The position numbers were made by a program, and so were the translations under genes. A model generated the notes under the pieces. The model saw only the letters and a list, made by a program, of their open reading frames with translations. It was not told where the DNA came from and ran no database searches. A stretch of 62,789 bases of DNA, the filler included, from Squatina squatina (lineage: Eukaryota): the NCBI GenBank assembly GCA_031763465.1. It is 4 parts of 4 records of this genome, joined end to end, with 100 filler letters (N's around TTAATTAATTAA, not from the genome) between each part and the next. Parts side by side here need not be neighbours in the genome. Positions count along the whole stretch, not along the records: positions 13,227 to 35,045 come from JARFOE010000013.1; positions 35,146 to 49,465 come from JARFOE010000051.1; 2 more parts are not named here. The stretch is one strand, 5' to 3'. Positions 25,701 to 39,659 of this stretch are shown in pieces; the first letter of the stretch is position 1; the number at the start of each line of letters is the position of its first letter.

Positions 25701-27229
25701 TAAATATATAAAAGAACAACTTTTATAAACACATAAGCACCTTTAACATAGTAAAACGTCCCAAGGCGCTTACAATGTAATTGTCTGAATGTTATGGGGA
25801 ACAATGGCTTGAGGCGGCTGCAATTCAGAGCAGGTGTGGTTGGTGTTGACTTATGGTTAGGTTAACTCCAATCTCACATGAGCAAGTCACGATGTGGGTT
25901 TTACAATTTTATATTGCCATCACGTGACTACTTCACAGAAGTTAGGTTCCCCATGTTTAGCATGAGAGCATGGATGGCACAGCAGTGATTCACCTCCCCA
26001 CAATCACCGCCCCCGTCCACTCTTGCGCATTTCAGTAAAATGACATCATTATTATTGGTTATTATTGTAATTTCAAAGGGGAGGGGAGAGCTGGTGACTC
26101 CCCTCTGCTGGATGTCACTGCAGTGCTTTGTTCCAAACAAGAATCTACTGCCTTTGGTGCAGTAAAAGGTTGGTCACTCCGTCACAAGACATGTTAGTGA
26201 CAAAGCCGCCAATAATGGCCATGTCCCTTTAATATCTGAAAATATCTCTGTCTAATAAATAAAGCCTTAAGTGCTTAATATTTTACTTCTCTTATAGGCC
26301 TATGAACGACTAATAGAAGTTAAAACCTCGGCCCTGTTCTACAAACTGCAACATGTATCTTAGCTGAAAATTATGTTGCGCACCTCATTGAATATCTTCC
26401 CGTTTGTATGTTCATTCCCCGCTCTTACATTGCACGTCATCTTTCGCGTTTGCTGCACTGCACACACATGAGAAGCAGTGTTATTTTATTGCATCGGTTT
26501 TGCTCACATTGCGGTTTTCTTGAAAGCATTTCAAATCAATTCCTCCTCTCATTTCGGACATTACGAAGCAACACGTCCCACAGTGAGGAGGTCAAGCTTA
26601 ATAGAAGCTCTCCCCCTTCTCCCTCTCCCTTTCGATTTCGCCTGTTTACAAAACTCAAGCGAGCGATCCCAGCCCTCAAGCATGTCCGGAGTCATTAAAG
26701 TAATTAAGTAAGCCTTTAATAGGCTGTTCCGCCGAGTTCAAGGGAACGGGAAGGCTCTCGTTTGTTCTCACACGACTTGGTGACACATCCATTTTATGGG
26801 AGATGGCAAGCTTTTGTTTCCACTCATTATTTATTGGAGACCTCGGCAGGTGTGGGACCGGGGCTGGCACACGAACATTGCCTGCTTCAAAACCAGCCCC
26901 AGCAGACTTTGGCACACGAGGCTACCCACCACTGGATTCGATTTGGTGGGCTCAATTTGTAGCCTATTATCCTATAAGAAAATGTCTATTGAAACGAATG
27001 AATAGTTTCGTTGGCCTAAATTTTAATAATGGGAGATCTTTAAGCATTGTGGGGGGAAGAGAGAGAAAAATAAGACGACTTCATTGATGGCTGGCTTGTG
27101 GTAATTGCTCATATAAGTAAATATATATCGATATGTTGCCATCTTCTGCTGCAGTTCCAGTGTGACAGCTTCTGCAAATAAGATCACCACCTTTCACAAC
27201 TTTATTTGTTTTCGATTCCCACCATTAAT

Positions 27230-27410
27230 GGGAACGGTAGCATAGTGGTTATACTGGACTAGTAATCCAGAGGCCTGGACTAATGATTCAGAGACGCGAG
27301 TTCAAATCCCACCACGGCAGCTGGGGAATTTAAATTCAGTTACTTAAATAAATCTGGAATTAAAAAGCTAGTATCAGTAATGGTGACCACGAAACTATCG
27401 AATTGTCGTG
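27230..27410 (+). mobile_element. tRNA-derived SINE 5' part (family B)
   Basis: A-box-like ggtagcatagtgg and B-box-like gagttcaaatcc; same body as 43640-43980, 36015-36375 and 38067-38185. Confidence 0.75.
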
Positions 27411-28609
27411 GTTGCAGGGTGACTAAGAACTGACTATTCAAGGGTATTCGACATTTCGGAAGGATAGGCAGAAAGGAAAAGGAGGTGAGGTAGCTCTGTT
27501 AATAAAGGATGAAATCAGTACAATAGTGAGAAATGATCTTGGCTCGGAAAGTCAAGATGTAGAATCCATTTGGGTGGAAGTTAGAAATAGCAAGGTGAAA
27601 AAGTCACTGATGGGAGTAGTCTATTGGTCCCCAAACAGTAGTACACTTTTGGGCACAGTATAAATCAAGAAATAATGGGGGCTTGTAAAAAAGGTACTGC
27701 AATAATCATGGGCAATTTTAATCTTCATATAGATTGGGCAAATCAAATTGGCAAAAGTAGCCTTGAGGATGAGTTCACAGAATGTATTCGGAACAGTTTC
27801 TTAGAACAATATGTTGTGGAACCAACCAGGAAACAGGCTATTTCAGATCTGGTAATGTGTAATGAGACAGGATTAATTAATGATCTCTTGGTAAAGGGTC
27901 TTCTCGGGAAGAGTGATCATAACATGACAGAATTTCACATTCAGTTTGAGGGTTAGAAACTTGGGTCTGAAACTAGTGTCTTACACTTAACTTACAAAAG
28001 GTATGAAAAGCAGAGTTGGCTAAAGTGGACTGGGAAAATAGAAGGTAAGACGGTAGATAAGCAGTGGCAGTCATTTAAGGAGAAATTTCACAATTCTCAA
28101 GGATATATTCCAATGAGAAAGAAAGACTAAGAGAAGGATGAACCATCCATGGCTAACTAAGGAAGTTAAAGATAGCATCAAATTGAAAGAAAAGGCATAC
28201 AATGTTGCGAAGATTAGTGGTGGGCCAGAAGATTGGGAACATTTTTAGAAACCAGCAAAGGATGGTTAAAAAAATAAAGAGGGAGAAAATTGACTATGAG
28301 AGTAAACTGGCAAGAAATATAAAGAGAGTAAACTGGCAAGAAATATAAAGAGAGTAAGTGCTTCTACAAGTATATAAAAAGGAAGAGAGTAGCTCAAGTA
28401 AATGTTGATCCCTCAGAAGATGAGACTGGGGAAATAATAATGGGAGACAAGGAAATGGCAGAGACTTTGAACAAATATTTTGTATCTGTCTTCACAGTAG
28501 AAGAGTACTAAAAGCATCCCAATAATAGTTTTTTAAAAAATCAAGGGGCAAAAGGGAGGGAGGACCTAAAAACAATCACTATCACGAGAGGAAAAAGTAC
28601 GAGGCAAAC
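27410..28609 (+). mobile_element. CR1 LINE ORF2 5' part (AP endonuclease) in the KCNK9 intron
   Basis: FRKDRQKGKGGEVAL, VESIWVEV, IIMGNFNLHIDW, FLEQYVVEPTR, LGKSDHN, PWLTKEV, AETLNKYFVSVFT. Confidence 0.9.
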
Positions 28610-29419
28610 NNNNNNNNNNNNNNNNNNNNNNNNNNNNNNNNNNNNNNNNNNNNNNNNNNNNNNNNNNNNNNNNNNNNNNNNNNNNNNNNNNNNNNNNNNN
28701 NNNNNNNNNCCACAGTGAGGAGGTCAAGCTTAATAGAAGCTCTCCCCCTTCTCCCTCTCCTTCCCCATCGTCTCCCCTTACACGTTACAGACACCTTTAG
28801 GATCTCCTATGTACATTCGTCAAAAGACAACCCTGTTGCTTTAAAACCTGCAAAGATGGTTTAGTACTCTGCATGCAACAGGCCACAAGTTCAGTGAAAA
28901 CACTGAAGCAGACTCGAGTGCAGTTGCGATTTGATAAGGATCCGAGTGTCACAAGGAAATGGTCGCTGTCCATACAGGACCACTCTTTGAAAGTGTAAAT
29001 GATCTCAATACGCTTACAATGACAATGCTGAAAAATAGGCATGATCGTATTCAAAACAGTCTATACACAGTATTCAAAAAGCTAGAGGTCACGGTAAAAG
29101 CCAGGCTGCCTCGCTGTATAAGTGAAGTAGCGAGTCTGTCCAGCAGTTCGCTGGCGTTTTTCAGTGAAACTCTGTCCACGGGCAGCAATTTAGTCACAGA
29201 AAAAAGCACGAAGATGAACAGCTCTCTTTATAATTACATTCAGCGCGCTGTCACCCAGGGAACAGGTTAAACTAGATTCGGAGTTTAGATTTGGATGAAG
29301 GCAGGGTTTATAAACTGGTTTCAGTGGCCAGGCAGACCTGAAATAGGCGTGTGGAACACGAACTAAATAAAAACCTCCCCTCCCGTTCCAAGACTGCTCT
29401 TGCTACCCTGAAATGATTA

Positions 29420-29959
<540 letters not shown>

Positions 29960-30759
29960 TCAGATCATCAATCCGCCAAATAATTAATTGTGCGAACCGA
30001 CAATCCCTCTATCCGGGAGNNNNNNNNNNNNNNNNNNNNNNNNNNNNNNNNNNNNNNNNNNNNNNNNNNNNNNNNNNNNNNNNNNNNNNNNNNNNNNNNN
30101 NNNNNNNNNNNNNNNNNNNAACAATACATTGTGTCCATACATTTGAACAGTACACAAGGGGTTTCAAAAGAAGGGGGAACATAAGGTATTAATTGAGCAT
30201 TAAGACTGAGCTTTACAGCATTGTCATATCAGACTTGTAAAGAATACATGCCTTTATCATCACAACACTGATGTGATTTGTCAACCTTCCTTTTATTCCC
30301 CATTATTCTTTCGGCCAAAATCTATGAAACATTTTTAACATCCAACCTTCATTGCACACCAGATTTTACTTAACCATACCAAGAAATGTAAATTTATCTT
30401 TTAGATTTTAACACGGTTTCGATTAGAGATCAAATAATACACCAACCGACTGATCAAGTGCCTTTTTATTTTGTCCAAAGGTGCACCCCGTCTCCTCTAT
30501 AATACAGGTTTATTCCCAACTTGAGTAATTTTACTGAAATTAGCCATCAATCCCTTGGATATTTAAACATTTGGCCAAGCAAGGTTTACAGAAAATTCCA
30601 GAAGCATTTTATTTATGGGACAGTGTCAGCGTAGTCTTAAACCAGAATATTTAGGGACACCCTGTTGGCAAGTATGACTACTCAGTCACTACTTACAATG
30701 ATTTAACTCACTGCCTCTTACAATCCCGATTTTCTGAAATAAATTTAAAATAGTGTGTG

Positions 30760-30924
30760 TTAAGCTGGATCCATGGCACGCACATGAACACTTGGCAAGC
30801 AGAACCAAGAAAGCGGCAGCTCCCTGCTCGAGTTGTCATCATGAAATTTTATATTCAAGTAATAATCACCGGCATACAGGAATAGGAGAGCTCCATTGCA
30901 AACAAATTGTTCAGTGGATTTCAC
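30760..30924 (-). CDS. TRAPPC9: Trafficking protein particle complex subunit 9, last coding exon
   Basis: tttcattttgcag|[54 protein letters not shown], compared with human ..[38 protein letters not shown]. Upstream of KCNK9 on the same strand, as in human. Confidence 0.95.
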   Translation of the reverse strand: MKSTEQFVCNGALLFLYAGDYYLNIKFHDDNSSRELPLSWFCLPSVHVRAMDPA

Positions 30925-33900
30925 CTGCAAAATGAAATAAAAACTAAATACCATTTAGCAGAAAAGCCTGTAGCACAAAACAGGAACCATTTATCACTAG
31001 ACAAGTAGACAGCTGCTACCAAGGACAGACCTACCACAGATAGCACTGTGGGTTGAAAACTATCTTTCTTGTGATTCCAACCAGCAGACACTATGGGATA
31101 AGGCAAGTGGTTTACCACAAGGACAAAAATCAATGATTAACACTGATCTCATCGATCTCTCAATTCCCATTGGTGCTGTATTGCACAGGAATCTTTAAAG
31201 ATGGCATGGTATATAATAGGTTTACATTTTAGGAGCTATGAGTTGTGCATCAATCCATGCTCTATATGTCAGTGATTGGTACTTAGGAGTATTTTTATTT
31301 AATTGCACTTAAAAAAAAAGTGGGTCGAGCAGATCTAGAGTGCTTCTGTTTGTCAGTGTGTTTTAGTTACACTTCAAACCACACAATAGGCTTTCTAATA
31401 CTGCTTACAAATTAATATTAGTCCAAATAGTTGTTCAAATGTCTAGCTCAGATTTTAGCATGCTTTTACTTTTCTTTAGGGAAGAAAACAGGAATGTTTG
31501 CTATACCTACATATAGCAGGCTGATTTATCCTACTAGTAGATCTCATAATAATGGTTGATACACTGTTTTATAAGGACTGAAGGTTTATACCATGGAGCA
31601 GTATTCTGCTGCTTAGGTGGATCTGTGTCCATTTAAGGCCAAAAAGTCCAGTTGTAATGATTCTTCTGGCAGAAGCTATGTGTTAATCGAGAACAGTTAC
31701 TGCCCGACAGCAAGAATGCTCGTTTTCACATTCTGCTTCATTAACCTGTCAGTGATTGAAAGCCACCAATGTGATAAAACCACTAAACTAAAACATCTCA
31801 TCAATAACTAGTTTAATCTTTAAACTCCCCTATCAGTTACCAACAGGCTGCTAATAAATCGCCAATTTTACGAANNNNNNNNNNNNNNNNNNNNNNNNNN
31901 NNNNNNNNNNNNNNNNNNNNNNNNNNNNNNNNNNNNNNNNNNNNNNNNNNNNNNNNNNNNNNNNNNNNNNNNNNCAGCAGCTGAATGAAAGTGGACTTTC
32001 CATTAATACAGCAGAGAGGCTGAGATATCATCACTCAGGACCTTAAGACTTGACAGTTCTTCCAACATTTCACTGCCACATAATTCAAAATGAAACTCAA
32101 AATTGACAGACATCCGAGTCCACCAACAGAATTAAAACTGAAAACTAATAGCCAGTTTCAGCCAAAGAGGTTTCAAATTAAGTGTTCTCAGTCACAAATA
32201 GTTCAATCACTGCTTTTACAGAAGATTTGAAAAGTATGTAATTAAAAAAGAGCTAAACAGCTTGTATGAAAATGTTTCATTGTAACTCTGAATATGCTGA
32301 CAAAGTGCTGCAAAGGTTACTCATCTTGGAAAATGTATAATTCAAATAGATTCCAGATCAAACTTCAGGACAGTTAAAGCTTGCCATCATCTAATGCCAT
32401 GATTCTTCTCTGCTTTGGTGACATTCAAGGCTTGGTGCTGCACCAGTTAAAAAAAATGCTGTGTTAATGCCTTGATCTGTAGACGTAGAAATATTCAAAT
32501 TAAAATATCTAAAATATTTTCATGTATTATTTAAATCAAATAAAATGCACTTTCTATACAGAGTTACTACTTGCAAGGATACCCCAGCGTAATATCACAA
32601 GGTGCTATATGTTATAAAGAAACTAAATATATGTGCATTTCTACAGAAATAAAGATGTCACATGATAGTAAATTGTAGTGTTTAAAAAATCTGAAATTCA
32701 AAATAAGTTAAAAGGTGACCAGATTTATATGTTAATCATATTGATCCGTGTAGCTTATGATTACAATTCAATCACCATTGAACGAAAGTCACCCTTCCCT
32801 GTGGTTAGCTTTGATTTTTATATAACTAATTATTAAACAAATATGTTACTGTGCTGCAGTGTACTGCTTGTGTAAACAGTACCAGAACCAAAGGTACACT
32901 AAGGGCTTAGTTTCACCTGTTCAGGATAAAAATTCAATGAACTAGAATTAATGAATGGCATTAATGACTTGAGTTCAAGCCAGAACATTATATCTCAGCA
33001 ATTTAGAAAAAGAGAGAGGTATATTCCAAGCAGAATGTCAATGAATATGTTTGCAATTGTCCAAGATATAGTTTTCCTTGTTTCCTTGCCCTTTTAGTAA
33101 TTAGAAAGGCAGAGACTGAAAACTGTATTTGAAGTAAACTGACATAATCAAGTAGAACAAGCAGATATAAAGAGATTCTGAATATTCATCATCTGTGCCA
33201 ATCTTTAGTTTTGATTCGTAATAGTCTGATCAAGGAGACACCTGCTTTGTGTNNNNNNNNNNNNNNNNNNNNNNNNNNNNNNNNNNNNNNNNNNNNNNNN
33301 NNNNNNNNNNNNNNNNNNNNNNNNNNNNNNNNNNNNNNNNNNNNNNNNNNNNATGCTTGCAAAATGGCCCATCTGATCTGAGCAGAATCATTTCATAGCC
33401 CCGAGTGAAGTGAGAGTGGGTTTGGTATATGGGAAAGATAGGCACCCAAGAAGCAAAGGAAATCCTAGCTCCTACCACAGAAAGATCTGACTATCAGTCT
33501 GCCAAAGGTACAAGTGTGTGAGTTCAGTGGAATTGAAAATTGAGAGAGATGTATCACGGGTGGCTGATCTGATATCAACCATTTTATATTATCATCTAAA
33601 GTCAAAATTGCCCTCATAGAGACCAGGATCAGTGAGGACAGCAGAGTATAAGGATCAACCCAAAATTGGATTCCACAAACTCAGTTCAGTTAAATCCTCA
33701 CTAATGGATTGCCCTCCTTCCTTCACCTTTGCCTGGTGCAGGGTTCTGGTAAGTGCCTCCGGGAGTAACTGATGGATCGTTCAATTCTCACGCTATTGAA
33801 AGTAGCAAGCCTCACACTTTTCAAAATATGGCATAAAAATATACCCTTACTCAAAGTTTGGAAACTTCAGTTGCTTTAGCACACAGTGCACAAATCACCA

Positions 33901-34139
33901 AAGAATTAAGGAAAATAGAACTGATCAAAACAATTCTTGGCAGTTTGCAACAGATGAAACCATCTGAAGCCTTAATTTAAAAAAAATGCAAATTATGGAT
34001 GTATGGTGCGTGTTGGCAATGCTGCTTCTTCAGAAGCGACAAAACAATTGATGAGGGGTGATGAGCTCCTCAGTGAGTCAGTGGATAAATGCATCATGTG
34101 GTATAGTACTGAAACATATAAATTATCAAGGTGACAGTG

Positions 34140-34330
34140 TTATTTGTGGCTTCCAATGATCTGAACTCAGCCAGGTTGGTATTATATTCGATCTGTGTAC
34201 CCCAGCTAGAGATAGGAAAATCAGCAGGGTACTCATTTCTGATTATTATTTAGTTACTCTGCTGAAACATCTACATGTAGGTTTCAAACGAGGATACAAT
34301 CTGATTCAACTTCCCCTGTAGCGTAGTTTA
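34140..34330 (+). mobile_element. Old SINE-like repeat, related to the minus-strand copy at 49800-50060
   Basis: ggaaaatcagcagggtactcatttctgatt..gttactctgctgaaa aligns loosely with the reverse complement of 49860-49925. Confidence 0.4.
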
Positions 34331-35045
34331 ATTGGCTGATTACACTCATTTTCCACAGTTACATTACCCATAGCTCTGTACCCCAGTGTGAGTCGCCACC
34401 TTTAGGGGAGGAGGAAACAAAACAGGGTGAGGATATAGCTTAGCAAAGCGGAGCAGCGTGTAAGGCTCTTCAAAACCAATACCACATAACCTGTGAAGAT
34501 GTGAATACTTTTAATAAAAATCTTGCTTTCAACAGTAAGATGTTTCTTCAGAATATTTTCCACATAAAAAATAGCTTTGTGTGTTTTGAGCTTTTTTCCT
34601 CTCAATGAACCTAGGTGATGGGCAAGAACTGAAAAGAGTAAACAAGAAGATAAGATAATGAGAATATGGATTTGAGTTTGGACTTTTTAAAGCTTGAAGT
34701 TGTAGGAAGAAGGAAGGACTGAGGGAGGTAAGGAACTCCGAGCACCCAATTTGGGTTTTTCTTTTGGCAATAAATTAGCGCTAAATCAGCAGTAAGTGCT
34801 TAACACTGATTTAGGGCGTTAAATTTAGCGTAGGAAAATTCGAGTCCCCCCAAAAATGGCGCTAAACGGATGCAAACCTTATAAGGCTGGAAACATTTAT
34901 TTTAGCGTTAGCTGATCTCGATGACATCATAACTGGGTGCAACACCCAAAATGGCTGCCCACAGCTCAATTAGTTAAGGCTGGTGACACTTAAAAGTAGC
35001 GGTGTCAACGCTCTGATTTTTGGGTGTTGACATGCTTGATCTAAT

Positions 35046-35145
35046 NNNNNNNNNNNNNNNNNNNNNNNNNNNNNNNNNNNNNNNNNNNNTTAATTAATTA
35101 ANNNNNNNNNNNNNNNNNNNNNNNNNNNNNNNNNNNNNNNNNNNN
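35046..35145. other. Artificial scaffold linker
   Basis: 44 N + TTAATTAATTAA (35090-35101) + 44 N. Confidence 0.95.
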
Positions 35146-35262
35146 CTCCCTCAGCACTGCACTGGAGTGTCGGCCTGGATTATGGGCTCCCTGGAGTGGG
35201 ACTTGAACCCACGACCTCCTGACTCAGAGGTGAGAGTGTCACCCACTGAGCCACAGCTGACA
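35146..35262 (-). mobile_element. Deu-domain SINE head
   Basis: Reverse complement of the tRNA-like head at 49283 (cctctgagtcag.aggt.gtgggttcaagtcccact). Confidence 0.8.
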
Positions 35263-35424
35263 GTCAAGCAGGAGTCAGGAACGCTGTCATGGAGAAACGC
35301 TAATGGTTGAATGGGCCGCAATCAGCTTTCTTCAGAAGTAATCAGAGGTATAAATTGGTGAATAACACACAGATATCCCCTCAGTAAAGTAATGAGGGCA
35401 TTAAAAGAAAACAGTAGCTGTGGC

Positions 35425-35655
35425 AATATTTCTGTAGCGCCTTTAACATGGCAAAACACCCTTCACAGGAGCAATTATCAAACAAAATTTGACACCGAGA
35501 CAAAGAAGGAGGTGTTAGGGCAGGTGACCGAAAGCTTGGTCAAAGAGGGAGGTTTTAAGGAGCGTCTTGAAGGAGGAGAGAGAGGTAGAGAGGGTTAGGG
35601 AGGTAATTCCAGAGCTTAGGGCCCAGGCAACAGAAGGCACGGCCATCAATGGTGG
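35425..35655 (-). mobile_element. L2 LINE 3' end
   Basis: Minus strand reads IDGRAFCCLGPKLWNYLP..SLSSFKTLLKTSLFDQAF, the L2 ORF2 C-terminus. Confidence 0.8.
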
Positions 35656-36014
35656 NNNNNNNNNNNNNNNNNNNNNNNNNNNNNNNNNNNNNNNNNNNNN
35701 NNNNNNNNNNNNNNNNNNNNNNNNNNNNNNNNNNNNNNNNNNNNNNNNNNNNNNNCTGGTGTGGCAAATAAATGCTGCCTGCAATAAAAACCATCACAAA
35801 ACAAGCATTCCAAACCATTTTTACCAATCACACCATTAAAATATTTTAATTGAAAGTCAACCTTGTACATTCCTTTAGTACCTTTGCCTGTTGTAGTGCT
35901 ACCCTGGTGGCTGCAGGAAACTGCAGATAGTCGAGGTGGGGCAATCTGCAACTGGGCCTTCTCGGTGTAGAGCTGCTTGAGGTTGTACTGCAAGTTCCTG
36001 AGATTTCGGTGTTA

Positions 36015-36375
36015 CTAGTAAGGCCAGCATTTATTGCCTAGCCCTAGTTTGCCCTTGCCCTTGCCCTTGGCAAGGCCATTTCAGAGGGCAGTGAAGAGTC
36101 AACCACATTGCTGTGGGTCTGGAGTCACACATCAGCCAGACCAGGTAAGGATGGTAGATTACCTGAAGGACATTAGTGAACCAGCTGGGCTTTTGCAACA
36201 ATCCAATAGTTTCATGGCCACCATTACTGACACTTGGTTTTTTTTATTCCAGATTATTTAATTAACTGAATTTAAATTCTACAGCTGCTGTGGTGGGATT
36301 TGAGCTCACATCTTTGGATCAATGGTTCAAGCGTCTGGATTGCTCGTGCCGCAACTTAACCACTACACTACTGAG
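36015..36375 (-). mobile_element. tRNA-derived SINE (family B), near full length
   Basis: Reverse complement of the 43640-43980 copy, including the aataaatgctggcctt tail. Confidence 0.75.
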
Positions 36376-36709
36376 TCCCCAGTGTGATTGAAGTATCAGG
36401 CAGTCTTCCCCACTAAAAGTCAGTAGCCTTCTAACAGCCATGCTGCAGCCACTGGGACAGCCAAATGCACACTAGTGACAGGCACTAAGGAAATGAACAA
36501 NNNNNNNNNNNNNNNNNNNNNNNNNNNNNNNNNNNNNNNNNNNNNNNNNNNNNNNNNNNNNNNNNNNNNNNNNNNNNNNNNNNNNNNNNNNNNNNNNNNN
36601 ATGGTGGCTACCACAATTAATCCGTCAGTGGGAGCTGTTAAATATAGTTGCTAGAGTGTGACTAGAATCATTAATAGGCATTATCCACGGCCAGCCTCCT
36701 GCGTACTTA

Positions 36710-36874
<165 letters not shown>

Positions 36875-36984
36875 TTAAATATTATAGTCGGTTCCAGGGA
36901 TCCAGGGGATATGTTCCAATGGTTTAGCCTCGATTTTAACCGACACCACCTGCCTGTTGGGTTTGGGGCAGATTTGGTCAGTAT

Positions 36985-37278
36985 GGGTAGGGTCGGGCAA
37001 GAACAGGTCGGGTCGAGTGTGAACGGGTCAGGTCGAGTAGGAATGGGTCAGGTGGGAACGGGTCGGATTGAGCGTGAACAGGTCGGGTTAGTACGGGTCG
37101 GGTCGAGTGGGAACGGGTCGGGTGGGAATGTGTCGGGTGGAGTGGGAAGGGGTCGGGTTAGTGCGGATCGGGTTGTGTGAATGGGTCAGATTAGTGCGGG
37201 TTGGGTCGGGCAGGAACGGGTCAGGTTAGTACGGGTCATGTCAGGTCAGGAACGGGTTGCGTTAGTATGGGTCGGGTC
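36985..37278. repeat. G-rich GGGTC-based minisatellite in BCKDHA intron 6, running into a long gap
   Basis: Repeated gaacgggtcgggtcgagtgg / gtacgggtcgggtt variants with a period of about 20 nt. Confidence 0.85.
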
Positions 37279-38066
37279 NNNNNNNNNNNNNNNNNNNNNN
37301 NNNNNNNNNNNNNNNNNNNNNNNNNNNNNNNNNNNNNNNNNNNNNNNNNNNNNNNNNNNNNNNNNNNNNNNNNNNNNNNNNNNNNNNNNNNNNNNNNNNN
37401 NNNNNNNNNNNNNNNNNNNNNNNNNNNNNNNNNNNNNNNNNNNNNNNNNNNNNNNNNNNNNNNNNNNNNNNNNNNNNNNNNNNNNNNNNNNNNNNNNNNN
37501 NNNNNNNNNNNNNNNNNNNNNNNNNNNNNNNNNNNNNNNNNNNNNNNNNNNNNNNNNNNNNNNNNNNNNNNNNNNNNNNNNNNNNNNNNNNNNNNNNNNN
37601 NNNNNNNNNNNNNNNNNNNNNNNNNNNNNNNNNNNNNNNNNNNNNNNNNNNNNNNNNNNNNNNNNNNNNNNNNNNNNNNNNNNNNNNNNNNNNNNNNNNN
37701 NNNNNNNNNNNNNNNNNNNNNNNNNNNNNNNNNNNNNNNNNNNNNNNNNNNNNNNNNNNNNNNNNNNNNNNNNNNNNNNNNNNNNNNNNNNNNNNNNNNN
37801 NNNNNNNNNNNNNNNNNNNNNNNNNNNNNNNNNNNNNNNNNNNNNNNNNNNNNNNNNNNNNNNNNNNNNNNNNNNNNNNNNNNNNNNNNNNNNNNNNNNN
37901 NNNNNNNNNNNNNNNNNNNNNNNNNNNNNNNNNNNNNNNNNNNNNNNNNNNNNNNNNNNNNNNNNNNNNNNNNNNNNNNNNNNNNNNNNNNNNNNNNNNN
38001 NNNNNNNNNNNNNNNNNNNNNNNNNNNNNNNNNNNNNNNNNNNNNNNNNNNNNNNNNNNNNNNNNT

Positions 38067-38185
38067 TATTCCAGATTTAGTTCGTTAACGGAATTTAAAT
38101 TTCCCAACTGCCGTGGTTGGATTTGAACTCATGCCATTAGTCCAGGCCTCTGGATTACTAGTTCAGTAGCATGACTACCGCACCC
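38067..38185 (-). mobile_element. tRNA-derived SINE head (family B)
   Basis: attagtccaggcctctggattactagt is the reverse complement of the 27230 head. Confidence 0.75.
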
Positions 38186-38232
38186 GTTACCTGCGGATTC
38201 GAGTTCCTCAGTACTGCACTCTCAATACCTAC

Positions 38233-38439
38233 CGATACCATCTCCTCTGTACTGCTCATGAGTCGGTGTGGAGATGGCGTAGCCATTATTCCTGCAGAAG
38301 AATATGATGGGACACTCTAGAGTGGCGGAAAAATTAAACCCAGCGTGAGCATCTCCTTCACTTGCAGCGCCTTCTCCGAAGTAACAGATGACTGCACGGT
38401 CCTCTTGGCTAATTTTGTAAGCGTACGCAGCCCCAACAG
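38233..38439 (-). CDS. BCKDHA: BCKDHA exon 6 (207 nt), thiamine-diphosphate binding motif
   Basis: tctgcttccag|(A)[68 protein letters not shown](A)|gtaggt; phase joins exon 7. Not in the ORF track. Confidence 0.97.
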
Positions 38440-39659
38440 CTGGAAGCAGAAAGCAGGCAGGGTGTCAGAGCATTCAAACAGCGAGGGACTGACTGTGCCA
38501 TCACGTGGAGGGAGGATCAAGCACCCTCTCGGGTTTGCTTTCTATGCCCGCCTCCCACCCCCACTCCAACAGCATTGCTACAGCCCTAGGAGCAGACAGA
38601 CAGGGCAGGAAGGGGAGATGGAGAAGGCAAATCCGACTGCAGAATGCAGAGAAAACAGTTTTCCAAAGAAAGAAAGACGTGCATTTATTTAGCGCCTTGN
38701 NNNNNNNNNNNNNNNNNNNNNNNNNNNNNNNNNNNNNNNNNNNNNNNNNNNNNNNNNNNNNNNNNNNNNNNNNNNNNNNNNNNNNNNNNNNNNNNNNNNT
38801 CTTTTCAAAGCTCATCTGAAAAAAAGTTTCAATGACCCCATCTAATCTCCCTCTTTTTAGCTTGGCATCCATTTTCTTATACCCACCTGTGAAGCATCTT
38901 GGGATACTTCATCACATTGCATACAAATTCAAGTTGTTACTCCACCTGAGCTCTTCCACAGCTGCAAGTCAGGATTCCAGCCCAGCAATTCTGAGACATC
39001 CACAGGTGCATCTTGAGGTTGTTATATGCAAGCAGGAAACTGCAAGATGCCTCAAATACTTCCAGTTCACCAAACATGAAAGAGCAGCTCTGAGAAATTG
39101 TGGCCTGAAATCTAGCCAGCTCATGGCTTTGCATGAAGATCAAAGTTTCCAAAATAACTGACCTACATAGTTTTCCATCTATAGACCCCCAGTGAAGGCT
39201 GACAGAGGCCTAGAAAAACCCTTGCTGGCAAAAAAAAATACTATCAGTCTGGAAAGAACCTGTGTCTCTGAAAATCCTATAGGGCCTATCAGTCCCTTCC
39301 CCGATCTGGTGTAAGGAAGAGTTACCAGATGCATTTTCTTAGAATATTGATTATTTCTAGTTGACCATTTTCCCATCAGACCTTGCTTGTGTACGGCAAG
39401 TTAAAATGTCCTTATGACGTACTAGCTGAGCTTACAGGTAACAGGTTTTGTTTGGGGACAAGCTGCAAGTACCAGACACTTACAGATAAGAGGAGATTCG
39501 ACACATTCTAGAGGACAATAACAAGCCTGTAAGACAGAGATGGAGGTTGAGGAGATTAGGATGCTACATAAACAGCTAACCTTGAGTTGGTAGTGTGATG
39601 TCAGCTTGGTGGAATAATTAATAACTGGGAGATAAGGACAGAGACGTACATGCAAGAAT

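Noticed and set aside
27230-27320. tRNA genes at SINE heads (also 49283 and 55790)
   Set aside because: They have A/B-box-like motifs but no full cloverleaf, and they continue into SINE bodies.
37181-38088. ORFs of 295-299 aa and the many other X-rich ORFs in the track
   Set aside because: They stay open only because N-runs contain no stops; the flanks are minisatellite or repeat sequence.
38317-38692. Track ORFs overlapping 38.3-38.7 kb
   Set aside because: They are wrong-frame or antisense shadows of BCKDHA exon 6.
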